A stretch of 54,179 nucleotides of DNA from Dehalococcoidia bacterium. GTDB lineage: Bacteria; Chloroflexota; Dehalococcoidia; Lucifugimonadales; UBA3495. The position numbers were made by a program, and so were the translations under genes. This document shows, piece after piece, positions 29,273-39,055 of the stretch. The notes beneath the pieces were generated by a model. The model had not been told where the DNA came from. It did no database searches and saw only the letters and a program-made list of their open reading frames with translations. The stretch covers positions 1 through 54,179 of the forward strand of contig JASLXV010000050.1 of assembly GCA_030740155.1 (NCBI GenBank), written 5' to 3'. How positions within the stretch are numbered: position 1 is the first letter of the stretch; the number at the start of each line of letters is the position of its first letter.

Positions 29273-29767
29273 ATGAAAGCGCAAGCCTTCTGGGAGGTCC
29301 TGAAACAACGCGGCCTGACCTTTTTTTCCGGCGTACCGGATTCCACCTTTCATGAAGTGTATAACGCCATGGCCGGCGTTCCGGAGATCCGTTACGTCCC
29401 GGCCGTGCGGGAGGACGTGGCCCTTGGCGTCGCCAGCGCCGCTTACTTCTCCGGGCAGTTGGGGGGCGTGATCTTGCAGAACTCGGGAATCGGTAACCTC
29501 GTCAACCCTTTGACCTCCTTCAGCCTGATGTACAAAATCCCAGTGCTCCTCCTGATTGGCTGGCGCGGGTACGGGGGACCGCCCAACGACGCTCCGGAGC
29601 ACTGGATCATGGGAGTCAAAACACCGGAGATATTGGACCTTCTGGGAATCCCCTACGAAATACTGGAACCGGACAATATGGAGCCCGCCCTGGACCGGCT
29701 GCTGACGAATATCAGGGAACAATCGGTGCCGGGGGCGCTGTTGGTCCGCGCGGGGATGGTAGATTGA
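29273..29767 (+). CDS. Phosphonopyruvate decarboxylase, N-terminal (alpha) subunit
   Basis: FFSGVPDS, REDVALG, LQNSGIGNLVNPL, IGWRG...DAPEH. Adjacent to pepM. Confidence 0.88.
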   Translation: MKAQAFWEVLKQRGLTFFSGVPDSTFHEVYNAMAGVPEIRYVPAVREDVALGVASAAYFSGQLGGVILQNSGIGNLVNPLTSFSLMYKIPVLLLIGWRGYGGPPNDAPEHWIMGVKTPEILDLLGIPYEILEPDNMEPALDRLLTNIREQSVPGALLVRAGMVD

Positions 29768-30336
29768 TTCCTCGATACCTGGCAATCGAGAAGGTCCTGG
29801 AACACGTTCAGCCCGCCGACCTAGTCCTGAGCACCACGGGAATGATCTCCCGGGAGGTGTTCGTGTCCGGCGACCGGGCCGGGAATTTCTACATGCTCGG
29901 GTCCATGGGCCTCCTGTCCTCTTTCGGACTGGGGCTGGCGCTCTTCAACCCGGAGCAGCGCGTCTTCGTGCTGGAAGGTGACGGCAGCGCCCTCATGAGC
30001 CTCGGTGCTGTGCCCCTTATCGGCTCCGAGGGCCCCGGCAACTTGATCCACATCATCCTGGACAACGAAGCCTACGAGTCCACCGGAGGGCAGCCGTCCA
30101 TCAGTTCCGGGTTCGACCTGACCCGGGTGGCCGAGGGCGCCGGGTACCGCACCGTAGCCCGGACCGGCGATGTGGAAGGGCTTCAGAGCGCCCTCTTGGA
30201 GTGCGCCCGCGGTCCCGGCCCTCACCTGATTCTGGTCAAGGCCGGAATCGTCCCGGTCAAAGGTATTCCCCGGGTTTCGCACTCGCCCACGGACATCCGG
30301 GACCGGTTCAACAGCAGCGTTCACGCGGGGGAATGA
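29764..30336 (+). CDS. Phosphonopyruvate decarboxylase, TPP-binding (beta) subunit
   Basis: STTGMISRE, FYMLGSMG, GDGSALM...LDN TPP motif, YESTGGQP. Confidence 0.88.
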   Translation: MIPRYLAIEKVLEHVQPADLVLSTTGMISREVFVSGDRAGNFYMLGSMGLLSSFGLGLALFNPEQRVFVLEGDGSALMSLGAVPLIGSEGPGNLIHIILDNEAYESTGGQPSISSGFDLTRVAEGAGYRTVARTGDVEGLQSALLECARGPGPHLILVKAGIVPVKGIPRVSHSPTDIRDRFNSSVHAGE

Positions 30337-31409
30337 AAGAGATGCTGATACTGTCACCAGGGCCGGCAAACATCTCGGAGCGCGTGCGCCAGGCCCTGAC
30401 CGCCCCTGACATCGGGCACCGGGAGGAGGAGTTCACCTCCCTCCTCCGGGAGACCCGTTCCCTGCTTCTGGATATCTGCGGCGCCCCCGAGGGCTACTCC
30501 TGCGCCACCCTCAGCGGGTCGGGCACGACGGGCATCGAGGCCACCATCACCTCCCTGAGCGCCTCCAGCGGCGTGCTCATCTTTTCCAACGGGGTCTACG
30601 GCGAGCGGGCGGCCCAGATCGCACAGGTGTTCGGCATTCCCCACACCCTGGAAAAGCTGGAATGGACCCAACCCCTCCCGCTGGGCCGGGTGGAGGAGTT
30701 GGTCCGGACTACCCCCCATGATTCGGTCTATTTGATACACCACGAGACCACCACCGGCATCCTCAACCCCCTGCGTCAGGTGGCGGAGATCGCGAAAAGC
30801 AATCACAAATGGGTACTGGCGGACACGGTGAGCAGCGTGGGAGGTGAGGAGTTAGACCTACCGGGTTGGGGCGTGGACCTGGTCCTAGGCTCTGCCAACA
30901 AGTGCCTCCGGGGAGTCCCCGGGGTATCGTTTGTCGTCCTCTCCAACCAACTCCTAGAAGCCTGGTCCCAGCGGCGCCAGGTGACCTTCTCCACCGACCT
31001 GGTCAGCACCATGAGCAAGGAGGAGGACGGCGAGACCCCGTTCACGCCGCCGGTTCAAACCATGTACGCCCTACGTGAGGCAGCCAGGGAGTTGTTGGAA
31101 GAGGGGGTGGAGAACCGGATCGCCCACTACCGGGGCATCGCGACAACCCTGCGCGACGGCTTGACGTCTCTGGAGCTGGACTTCCTGGTCCCCCGCGAGC
31201 ACCTGTCCAACACCATGACCACGGTGATGCTGCCCGAGGGCTGGTCCTACCCGGAGCTGCACGCTCCCCTCAAGGAGCGGGGATACGCCATATACAAGTC
31301 TCAGGGGCACCTGAGCCAGACCACCTTCCGCCTCGGTACGGTCGGCCTCATGAGTCAAGAGGATATACGCGGATTTCTAACCGCCCTGCAGCAAGTGCTG
31401 GGCCGGTAA
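30333..31409 (+). CDS. 2-aminoethylphosphonate transaminase (class V PLP aminotransferase)
   Basis: LSPGP, GSGT, NGVYGER, HHETTTGILNP, DTVSS, SANKCLRGVPG (PLP Lys), PFTPP. ATGA overlap with the Ppd beta stop. Confidence 0.88.
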   Translation: MKEMLILSPGPANISERVRQALTAPDIGHREEEFTSLLRETRSLLLDICGAPEGYSCATLSGSGTTGIEATITSLSASSGVLIFSNGVYGERAAQIAQVFGIPHTLEKLEWTQPLPLGRVEELVRTTPHDSVYLIHHETTTGILNPLRQVAEIAKSNHKWVLADTVSSVGGEELDLPGWGVDLVLGSANKCLRGVPGVSFVVLSNQLLEAWSQRRQVTFSTDLVSTMSKEEDGETPFTPPVQTMYALREAARELLEEGVENRIAHYRGIATTLRDGLTSLELDFLVPREHLSNTMTTVMLPEGWSYPELHAPLKERGYAIYKSQGHLSQTTFRLGTVGLMSQEDIRGFLTALQQVLGR

Positions 31410-31424
31410 CGAACGAAGGGGGCA

Positions 31425-32054
31425 ATGATGCCCGAGGAAAACAAGGTCCAGTGGGTGTACTCTTCGCGGAACAACCAGGAGCTGGAGGAGCGGTACGACC
31501 AGTGGGCGTCGGGATACGAAGCCGACCTCACCAGGGACTTCGACTACCTAGGCCCCCCGAGGGCCGCTGAAGTCCTTTCCCGCCACGTGCCCAAGGATGC
31601 CCGCATCCTGGACGCCGGGGCCGGCACCGGCCTGGTGGGTCAGGTCTTGGCCGGACTCGGATACGGCAACCTGACCGCCGTGGACCTCTCACAGGGCATG
31701 CTGGAGGAGTCCCGCGGCAAGAACGTGTACCGGGAATTGCACCAGATGGTCATGGGGGAGCCTCTGGACTTTCCCAGCGGCGCCTTCGACGCGGCAATAA
31801 GCGTGGGGGTGCTGACCGTAGGCCACGCCCCGGCCAACTCCCTGGACGAACTGGTGCGGGTGACCAAACAAGGGGGGCACATCGTCTTCACCCTGAGGCC
31901 CGACGTGTATGAAACCGGCGGCTTCAAAGAGAAGCACGCCGCGCTGGAAGCTGAAGGCAAATGGCGGCACGTCGAGACCACCGAGCAGTTTCAAACCCTG
32001 CCCAAGGGCGAGCCCGACGTCTACCACCAGGTATGGGTATATCGGGTAATGTAG
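31425..32054 (+). CDS. Class I SAM-dependent methyltransferase
   Basis: ILDAGAGTG motif I, VDLSQGML, FDAAISVG. 15 nt downstream of the transaminase. Confidence 0.88.
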   Translation: MMPEENKVQWVYSSRNNQELEERYDQWASGYEADLTRDFDYLGPPRAAEVLSRHVPKDARILDAGAGTGLVGQVLAGLGYGNLTAVDLSQGMLEESRGKNVYRELHQMVMGEPLDFPSGAFDAAISVGVLTVGHAPANSLDELVRVTKQGGHIVFTLRPDVYETGGFKEKHAALEAEGKWRHVETTEQFQTLPKGEPDVYHQVWVYRVM

Positions 32055-32143
32055 GCTGGGTATTTGCCCCTGAGCCGGTTCTTCAAGATGGGTTTCAGGG
32101 GACCCTCTCTTGCCAGAAAGAGTCCCCTTGACCGTACCCGGCG

Positions 32144-33037
32144 TCACTCCCCGGCCAAGAACTCCCTGATGATTGTCGCCAACTCCCCAGGCTTGTCGTA
32201 GCCGATATCATGGATCGTCTCCGGTATCCAATGGACCCGGCATCCCGTCACGGCCGCGGCAGCCGCTCCCACCATGACCCGCCGCATCTGGGCGAATTCG
32301 GAGCCGGCCCGGTCGGGCGAAGGCCCGGCGGCGACGATCAGGGTGGGGCAGGTTATCTTCGGCAGGATGGTGGAGGCCGGCTGGTCCCACATCGCGCGGA
32401 TCACCTGGGCGTGATTGTCTAGCTGCAGGATGTCGTGCATCTGACCGTCCCCGTCCTCGTAGACCATGGTCTGAACGATGCGCTCCACCTCGTCACTCCA
32501 GCAACCAGCAAGCTGGGACCGAAACCGGTCGAGGAGTTCCCGGCGGGTGCCGGAGACGTCTCGGGCGCGGACCCGGTTGGAGAACGCCTCCCAGGTGGCG
32601 CCGGGGTTCAGGCGGGGGTCGAGGAAGCCCCCGTCGATCATCACCAGGTTGCTGACCCGCTCCGGTTGGTAGGCCGCCATGGCTACGGCCACCTGGCCGC
32701 CCCAAGAGTGACCCATCACCACCGCCCGGTCCAACCCCAACCGGTCCATCAGCCCGGCCACGTCCGAGGCCAGGGCGGGCCAGTCGTACCCGCTACACGC
32801 CTGAGTGGTCTTGCCGTGGCCTCGTTGGTCCGGCGCAATGATCCGGAAATCTCCGGAAAGCAGGGGAGCGACCAGATCATACCAATGGCCGCTGGAGGCG
32901 AGCCCGTGCAGCGCGATAATGGGCAGGCCGTCTCCGCCCCAGTCCAGGTAGCGGACCCGCAAGTCCCCCACATCGACCCAGCCTTCAGTGGGGCGTTTCA
33001 CCAGGGATTCCGAAGCAGTCAAATCAGAGTCTCCCAT
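32144..33037 (-). CDS. Alpha/beta hydrolase
   Basis: LHGL oxyanion motif, DQRGHG, GHSWGG nucleophile elbow, C-terminal His. Confidence 0.9.
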   Translation of the reverse strand: MGDSDLTASESLVKRPTEGWVDVGDLRVRYLDWGGDGLPIIALHGLASSGHWYDLVAPLLSGDFRIIAPDQRGHGKTTQACSGYDWPALASDVAGLMDRLGLDRAVVMGHSWGGQVAVAMAAYQPERVSNLVMIDGGFLDPRLNPGATWEAFSNRVRARDVSGTRRELLDRFRSQLAGCWSDEVERIVQTMVYEDGDGQMHDILQLDNHAQVIRAMWDQPASTILPKITCPTLIVAAGPSPDRAGSEFAQMRRVMVGAAAAAVTGCRVHWIPETIHDIGYDKPGELATIIREFLAGE

Positions 33038-33082
33038 TCGAGCAAAATCATGCCCTCAACCCGGCCTCGATTCCAATCGTGA

Positions 33083-33120
33083 CTCCCTTCTCCCTTTGGG
33101 AGAAGGGCCGGGAATGAGGG
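33083..33120. repeat. REP-like palindromic repeat
   Basis: CCCTTCTCCC-TTT-GGGAGAAGGG perfect 10-bp hairpin followed by CCGGGAATGAGGG. Confidence 0.6.
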
Positions 33121-33236
33121 TCTTCAAGTACCGGCCGCTAATCCTAAGCCGCCGGTTCAAATCGCCTCTAGTGTCCGATACGCGGACCTGGAGCCGACAT
33201 CGGCGCGATCGGGGTCGAGGCCGAGGCGAAGGGGGA

Positions 33237-33268
33237 AATCCCCCCAACCCCCCTTTACGAAAGGGGGG
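33237..33268. repeat. REP-like palindromic repeat
   Basis: AATCCCCCCAA followed by the CCCCCCTTT-ACG-AAAGGGGGG 9-bp hairpin. Confidence 0.55.
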
Positions 33269-33305
33269 CTTTCAAGAGGGTCGAGGGAGTCGGTAAACCG
33301 GGCCA

Positions 33306-33824
33306 TCAGCCGCGCTTTGCGGCGGCGACCCGTTCCCGCGCCAGCAGGTCGGCCTTCACCTTCAGGCCTCCCGCGCCGTAGCCCCGCAGGTCGCCGTCGC
33401 TGGCGATGACCCGGTGGCAGGGTACGATCAGAACGAAGCGGTTCCGCGCCATGGCCTGCCCGGCGGCCCTGACCGCCAGAGGGCTACCGGCCTCTGATGC
33501 CAGCCAGGCGTAGCTCCTGGTCTCCCCGGCGGGTATCCGCCGGCAGGCGGCCCACGCCCTGCCGAAAAATGGCGGGGCGTCCGACAAGTCCAATTCGATC
33601 TCATCCAGCGCCCTGGCATCCCCTTCCATGTACTTATTCAGGCAACTGAGGACCTCCTCGAAACCGGAAGGGTTGTTGTCGGCCTGGTCCACCTCCGGCC
33701 CCAGCTCCTCCAGTGCCTCCTGGGGAGTCGGCTTCAGACTCAAGCCAATCAGTCCCTTCCCACTGCCCAGAAGGGCAACCCAGCCCACCGGCGTCTGAAT
33801 CATGTGATAGTTGAACCGGCTCAT
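33306..33824 (-). CDS. ogt: Methylated-DNA--protein-cysteine methyltransferase
   Basis: IPAGETRSY, RAAGQAMARN, VPCHRVI active-site motif. Confidence 0.93.
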   Translation of the reverse strand: MSRFNYHMIQTPVGWVALLGSGKGLIGLSLKPTPQEALEELGPEVDQADNNPSGFEEVLSCLNKYMEGDARALDEIELDLSDAPPFFGRAWAACRRIPAGETRSYAWLASEAGSPLAVRAAGQAMARNRFVLIVPCHRVIASDGDLRGYGAGGLKVKADLLARERVAAAKRG

Positions 33825-36334
33825 GTGCTACTCCTTTTGAAAACTCGCCACAGCAGCGGTAACCGCAACTTGAGCCAGGAATTGACCAACAGCTGGCTCT
33901 CCTCGCCGGCCAATTGCTTGGCGCCGTACCGGCTGCGAACGTATGCCCCAATCAACGCCGACACTTCCTCGTCGTGTCCGGGCAAGGCGGTACGTAGCCG
34001 CTCCCGGTACTGGTACGGCGTCTGGTGGACCGCCGGCCCGGCCGAGCCAAGGGCGCCCAGCAATCCCAGGCGGCGGTAGGCGGTCCGCGGGTCCCCGGAA
34101 GGGACCATATACCGCTTCCAGAGAATCCAAAGGGCGCCGGCCAGCGCCGAGAACAGAACTACCGCGGCCGACAGCCAGGGGGCGATGTTCAGCAGCCTCT
34201 CTCTCCACACGGCGGCCGCCCCATCCGGACCTCCCGGTTGAGGAGGTTCGACCTCATCCTCGCAAAGGTCATCGTCCTCATCGAAGCAGATGTCTTCCAA
34301 GCTGGCTCCATCCGCCGTACTGGCAAACTCAGGGGGTAGTTCTTCGGCCACGGGCTGGTAAGACGGCGGAAGTTCGGCGCCAGGGGTCGGCTCGAAGGGT
34401 ATCCACCCGTATTTGGGAAAGTATACCTCTACCCAGGCGTGGCTATGGCTGTCGGTAACCACGTAAAGGTCCGTGTCGGTCACGTTGTCGCCGACGGTGT
34501 AGCCGGTGGCCAGGCGGGCCGGCACGTCCACCGAGCGAAGCAACACCGTCATCGCCGAGGCGAAGTACTCGCTATAGCCCTGTTTGAGGGTGAACAAGAA
34601 ATGATCCACCCCATCGCTGTCGAAGGGTGGCGGATCCACTTTGAGGGTATAGGGGAGGCCGGCCAGGTGGGCTTCGATGGCTTTAGCCTTGTCGTATGGT
34701 GTCAGCGCCTCGGCGGTCAGTTGGGCTCCCAGGTCCCGCACCCGCTGGGGTAAGTCGTCGGGTAGCGCAGTGTACCTGACCATCGCCCAGGTGGGGAAAT
34801 CGGTCCCGGCCCGCCGTAGCTGCAAGGGAGAGGCCCGGGATATCGAGGAGGTCACCGTGTAGCCATGCCCAGCCTTGATCTTGCCGCTGGTGCTCCGCAG
34901 TGAAAGCACGTCGGCCCGCTCCGGAAGCGCTTCGGCCAGAATGGCCTGCTGGGCCACTCCCTCACTGCGAATTACCTCCAGCAGCCGAAACCCGGGAGGC
35001 AGGCTGGCCGCCAGAGCGGAGTCTCGCGCGCCCGGTTGGCCGGTTATCCGGTAAAGCCCGTCGGCGGCGGCCGCCAACCCGGAGGGAAGCGACTGGAGCG
35101 CCTCCGGATCGGACAGGTCCAGGGTATAGGTGGGAGAATCGTAGGTCTCGACGTTCGCCTCCCGGCTGGTTGCCAGGGCCAGGCCTCCCGCGAAGAGGCT
35201 CCGAGTGGCGTAGTTGGGTGTCAAGAAGTAGGTGACCTCTATCCGGTTCAGGGGTTGTTGGCCAAGGGTGTAGCTGGGGACCCAGCCCATGGGTTGGAAA
35301 GTTGTATCCTGAGAAACCCATCCCTTGGAAGTATAGGTGCCGTAGGTGCGGGCTTTCCAGTACAAGGGCGCGGGAGACTCGACCCGAAGCACCTCGGCGG
35401 TCGTGGGTTGGATAGTCCCCTGAAAGGCCATCACGTCGCCCCATATGCGGTACCCCAGGGGACGCCGGGCCGGCAGACCGGCAAACAGGCGGTTGAAGTC
35501 GTCCTCCCAGTTTTTCAGGGGCGACCGGAGCGACTCGTAGACATCGTGGGCCGGTCCCACCTTGTTGCCCTCGGGAATCACGAAGAACGCCACGAACAAC
35601 ACCATGGCCGCCAGAAGGAAGCTGTCGAACGCGGACAAAGACCCCAGATGGCCGTCGAACTCAATATTGCGGCGTTGCCACTCCTGCCGGCGGCGCACCG
35701 CCTGCACCCTGGCCACCAGAAGCAGGGCGGTGAACAGGAAGAAGCCAAGGGTCTGGCTGGCGTCGGGCGGCAAGAAAGTCAGGTTGGAAAGCAGGCCGGC
35801 ACCGCCCAGTATGAACACGCCCCAAAAGTTACGGTAGCGGGTGAAGAGCCAGAAGGCAAGAAAGCCCAGGAGCCAGGTTGCGGCGGTCAAACCAAAGGCA
35901 AAGGGCAGTTGGTCGATATTGATGCTGCCCTCTTTGGCCGCTCCGAACCAGAGGGCCAGCCGGTCCCACAACTCTCCGGCATTGGTTACAGACTCTTCTC
36001 CCCCTTGGAAAGAGGTTAGCTGCCAGACCACCACCAGGAGTCCAATCCCCAGTCCCACGGATAAAAGCAGCGGGCCCCAGACCGGCACCCGGGCCAGGAG
36101 CAGCCCCGTCACCATGGCCAGGAGAAGAACGAAAGACAAACTTGGCGTCGGCGCCCATTCAGCCTGGGTCACGGACCCAACCACAATCGTGAGGTTCAAG
36201 GCCAGCAGAAGCACCGCCACCCACCCGTCGCTGGGCCGCAGAATCCTGGCGAGCGCCATTAACCCGCCGATCGCGAATTCAGAGTTGATGCGGTCCCGGA
36301 GGGTGGTGTCCGCCGGAAGTTCGCGCACCGTCAT
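33821..36334 (-). CDS. Membrane transglutaminase-like protein (TgpA type) with Ser at the catalytic Cys position
   Basis: Multiple N-terminal TM helices. Core reads GYSEYFASAM...HAWVEVYF...GWIPFEPTP. C-terminal TM followed by a DUF4129-like tail. Confidence 0.88.
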   Translation of the reverse strand: MTVRELPADTTLRDRINSEFAIGGLMALARILRPSDGWVAVLLLALNLTIVVGSVTQAEWAPTPSLSFVLLLAMVTGLLLARVPVWGPLLLSVGLGIGLLVVVWQLTSFQGGEESVTNAGELWDRLALWFGAAKEGSINIDQLPFAFGLTAATWLLGFLAFWLFTRYRNFWGVFILGGAGLLSNLTFLPPDASQTLGFFLFTALLLVARVQAVRRRQEWQRRNIEFDGHLGSLSAFDSFLLAAMVLFVAFFVIPEGNKVGPAHDVYESLRSPLKNWEDDFNRLFAGLPARRPLGYRIWGDVMAFQGTIQPTTAEVLRVESPAPLYWKARTYGTYTSKGWVSQDTTFQPMGWVPSYTLGQQPLNRIEVTYFLTPNYATRSLFAGGLALATSREANVETYDSPTYTLDLSDPEALQSLPSGLAAAADGLYRITGQPGARDSALAASLPPGFRLLEVIRSEGVAQQAILAEALPERADVLSLRSTSGKIKAGHGYTVTSSISRASPLQLRRAGTDFPTWAMVRYTALPDDLPQRVRDLGAQLTAEALTPYDKAKAIEAHLAGLPYTLKVDPPPFDSDGVDHFLFTLKQGYSEYFASAMTVLLRSVDVPARLATGYTVGDNVTDTDLYVVTDSHSHAWVEVYFPKYGWIPFEPTPGAELPPSYQPVAEELPPEFASTADGASLEDICFDEDDDLCEDEVEPPQPGGPDGAAAVWRERLLNIAPWLSAAVVLFSALAGALWILWKRYMVPSGDPRTAYRRLGLLGALGSAGPAVHQTPYQYRERLRTALPGHDEEVSALIGAYVRSRYGAKQLAGEESQLLVNSWLKLRLPLLWRVFKRSST

Positions 36335-37593
36335 GCGCTCGGCTCGCCGGCCGGTGGACCGGAGGCGGCAGGGGCCATGTAGGCACGCCGGGGCGCGGAG
36401 AAACGGAGGGCTTCGTTCAAGGGCGCTCCCCGCTGCACGACATAGGTAGGAAGTTCGTTCGCCCAGAGGGCCTCCAGGACGGTCTCGATGCCGAGCGAAT
36501 TACCGAATCCCTGGGGATCGACCATGACCACGTTCACCTGCACCCCCCGTCGGCGCAGGGCGGCAAGGGCCGGCACCCACTCGGGCCGGGGTGACGGGCT
36601 GATGACCGTCAAGGTGTTGAACCTGCTCAAAGAAGGACGCAGATCGTAGATAAAACGCGCCAGTGGGGTCACTCCCCGGGCGCGCACCGCGGCCAACGCC
36701 TCCATCAGCTTCCCCAAATACTCCGGGCTGCTGTAGGGACGGAGGATGAAACTGGGGTCACCATTGGTCGCCAAACCCACCGGCAACGAAAAATCGGCCA
36801 GGCGGGTGATTAATGAAGCGGCGATGGTCACGGCCAGTTCTTCCGTGTTGTCCACGTCTTCCGGGTCGCTACGGACGTGGGCGGCCTCCTCCAGATCCAG
36901 CACCACCCAGGCCTCGGCGGAAAGGCCCATGTCGAACTCCTTGACCATCAGGGAGTTCATGCGGGCCGTGTAGGGCCAGTGGATGCGCCGCAAGCTGTCG
37001 CCGCTGCTGTAGGGGCGGACCGAAGCGACATCGGTGGTGATCTGGTCCCAGTGGCGTGTTGTGCGTCCGTCGCTGGGCAGGTTGGCGAAGCTGGGGTGCA
37101 GGTCCGGCAACGGTTCCGCGGCGGGCAACACCGTGTAAAGTTGGGGTTGCAGGAAGTGGCGCCGCAGCCGGAACAGGCCAAAGGGGTCCTGGCTGGTCAC
37201 CAGAACCTGGCCGGTCTGGTAGACGCCCCGGCGGCTGAGGTAGGCCTCCGTCTTCCAGGTGCGGAACTGGTCCCGGACCATCGCCATCCCCCGCCCGGGA
37301 AGGTGGCCCGGCAGGTCTGAGACCTCCGCCACCTCCAGCCAGGACTTCGGCAGGCGGTTGTGATTCAGGATCCGGATCCGGCCTTCCAGGTATCCGCCGA
37401 CCTGGCCCCTGGTGGCAAATCGGGTCAACTGGACCTCCAACCCCCGCAGGTTAAGCCAGGCCCAGATAAACCCCACAGGCAAGACCAGGAGCAGCACGTA
37501 GAGAAACCGGTAGAAGAACGTGAAGCCGGTGCCGAAGGCGTAAAAAGTTACAATAGCCAACAGCAAGATAATCCCGATGCTGCGCTTGCTCAT
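36331..37593 (-). CDS. DUF58 domain protein
   Basis: DPFGLF, VRPYSSGDSLRRIHWPYTAR...VKEFD. Lies between MoxR and the transglutaminase-like gene. Confidence 0.9.
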   Translation of the reverse strand: MSKRSIGIILLLAIVTFYAFGTGFTFFYRFLYVLLLVLPVGFIWAWLNLRGLEVQLTRFATRGQVGGYLEGRIRILNHNRLPKSWLEVAEVSDLPGHLPGRGMAMVRDQFRTWKTEAYLSRRGVYQTGQVLVTSQDPFGLFRLRRHFLQPQLYTVLPAAEPLPDLHPSFANLPSDGRTTRHWDQITTDVASVRPYSSGDSLRRIHWPYTARMNSLMVKEFDMGLSAEAWVVLDLEEAAHVRSDPEDVDNTEELAVTIAASLITRLADFSLPVGLATNGDPSFILRPYSSPEYLGKLMEALAAVRARGVTPLARFIYDLRPSLSRFNTLTVISPSPRPEWVPALAALRRRGVQVNVVMVDPQGFGNSLGIETVLEALWANELPTYVVQRGAPLNEALRFSAPRRAYMAPAASGPPAGEPSA

Positions 37594-37836
37594 TTGTCAT
37601 CCTACTCCACTCCGTGGGGCCCGTTGGTCGGCCCATCCACCGGCGCGGAGGATACTTTACAGGAACGCCAGGTTTTCGCCTTAGTCAGAAACACAAAGCG
37701 AAATAATGTCTGGCGAAACAAAGGCGGGAAGGCTGCCTGTCAACGAGAACATTCAGCTTCGGACCGCGCGCCCGGTTATCACTGGGGAACGGGTCCCTTA
37801 GGCACACGAGGAAGGTCGAACCCGGCCCGGCCGCCT

Positions 37837-38790
37837 TTATCGGACCGCTCCCGGTACGGCCACATCATCAAGCAGTTCCCCAACCACGTCGGCGTTCCGC
37901 ATGCCCCGCATCCTCGCGGAAGGGGAAAGTATGATCCGGTGGGCGATTACCGCCGGCGCCAGCGCCTTGATGTCGTCCGGGATGACGTAGTCGCGGTCCT
38001 GCACCAGCGCCAGCCCTCGAGCCGCCCGGAACAGCCCCAGCGAGGCCCGAGGTGAGGCTCCCAATGAGATGTCCTGATGCCGGCGAGTGGACTCCACCAG
38101 GCCCACCACGTATTGCCGCACCAGCCGGTCGACATAGACCGATTTGGCGGCTTCTTGCATGCCGACAATATCTTCGGGCGTCGCCACCGGCCCCAGGGAA
38201 TCGATCGGGTGCTCCGTTTCCTGCTGCTCGATGATCGACATCTCTTCGCTGAAGTCGGGGTAACCCAAACTGACGCGCAGCATGAACCGGTCCAATTGGG
38301 CTTCGGGCAGGGGAAAAGTGCCTTCGTATTCGATCGGATTCTGAGTGGCGAGGACAATGAAGGGGTGATGGAGAAGGTGAGTCACTCCATCCACGGTGAC
38401 CTGTAGCTCCTCCATCGCTTCCAGCAGGGCGGACTGCGTCTTCGGAGTTGCCCGGTTTATCTCGTCGGCCAGCACTACCTGAGACATGATTGGGCCCGGC
38501 CGGAAGTGGAACTCCCCGTTGCGCTGGTCGTAGACTGAAATGCCCGATACGTCGCTGGGCAAAAGGTCGGGGGTGAACTGGATCCGTTTGAAAGAGCAGC
38601 CAATGGACGTGGCCAGGCTCTTGGCCAGCATCGTTTTACCGACGCCCGGTACGTCCTCCACCAGTACGTGGCCTCGGCCGATGAGGGCGGCCAACGCGGT
38701 TTCGATGACCGGCGTCTTCCCCACGATCACCTTGGCCACGTTTTCGACGATTTTCCGTGCTAGTGCCGAGGAGGGAACGACTTCCCGCAA
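37837..38790 (-). CDS. moxR: MoxR family AAA+ ATPase
   Basis: EDVPGVGKT, RIQFTPDLLPSD, DEINRATPKTQSALLE, ATQNPIE, LPEAQLDRF. Confidence 0.95.
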   Translation of the reverse strand: MREVVPSSALARKIVENVAKVIVGKTPVIETALAALIGRGHVLVEDVPGVGKTMLAKSLATSIGCSFKRIQFTPDLLPSDVSGISVYDQRNGEFHFRPGPIMSQVVLADEINRATPKTQSALLEAMEELQVTVDGVTHLLHHPFIVLATQNPIEYEGTFPLPEAQLDRFMLRVSLGYPDFSEEMSIIEQQETEHPIDSLGPVATPEDIVGMQEAAKSVYVDRLVRQYVVGLVESTRRHQDISLGASPRASLGLFRAARGLALVQDRDYVIPDDIKALAPAVIAHRIILSPSARMRGMRNADVVGELLDDVAVPGAVR

Positions 38791-39055
38791 GCAGGGCCTC
38801 CTTGCCGGAAATACTGTGCCTCAAGTTTAAGCCTGCAAGGTTGAAGTTTAACACAGGCCTTGGCGAAAGGCACGAAAACTGAGGCTCCCGGGGCAGGCCG
38901 GCGAGCAACCGGATCGCTCCACCCTACATCTAATCTTCCGGAGATATCGTATTCAATTCATAACCAGTTCGCTCCCGGCGCCCGTCGCGGGCGAGCGGAC
39001 GGAAACCCAGATAGTCCAGGCAACAACCTGAGAAATTGCGCCAGAGGATATACTG

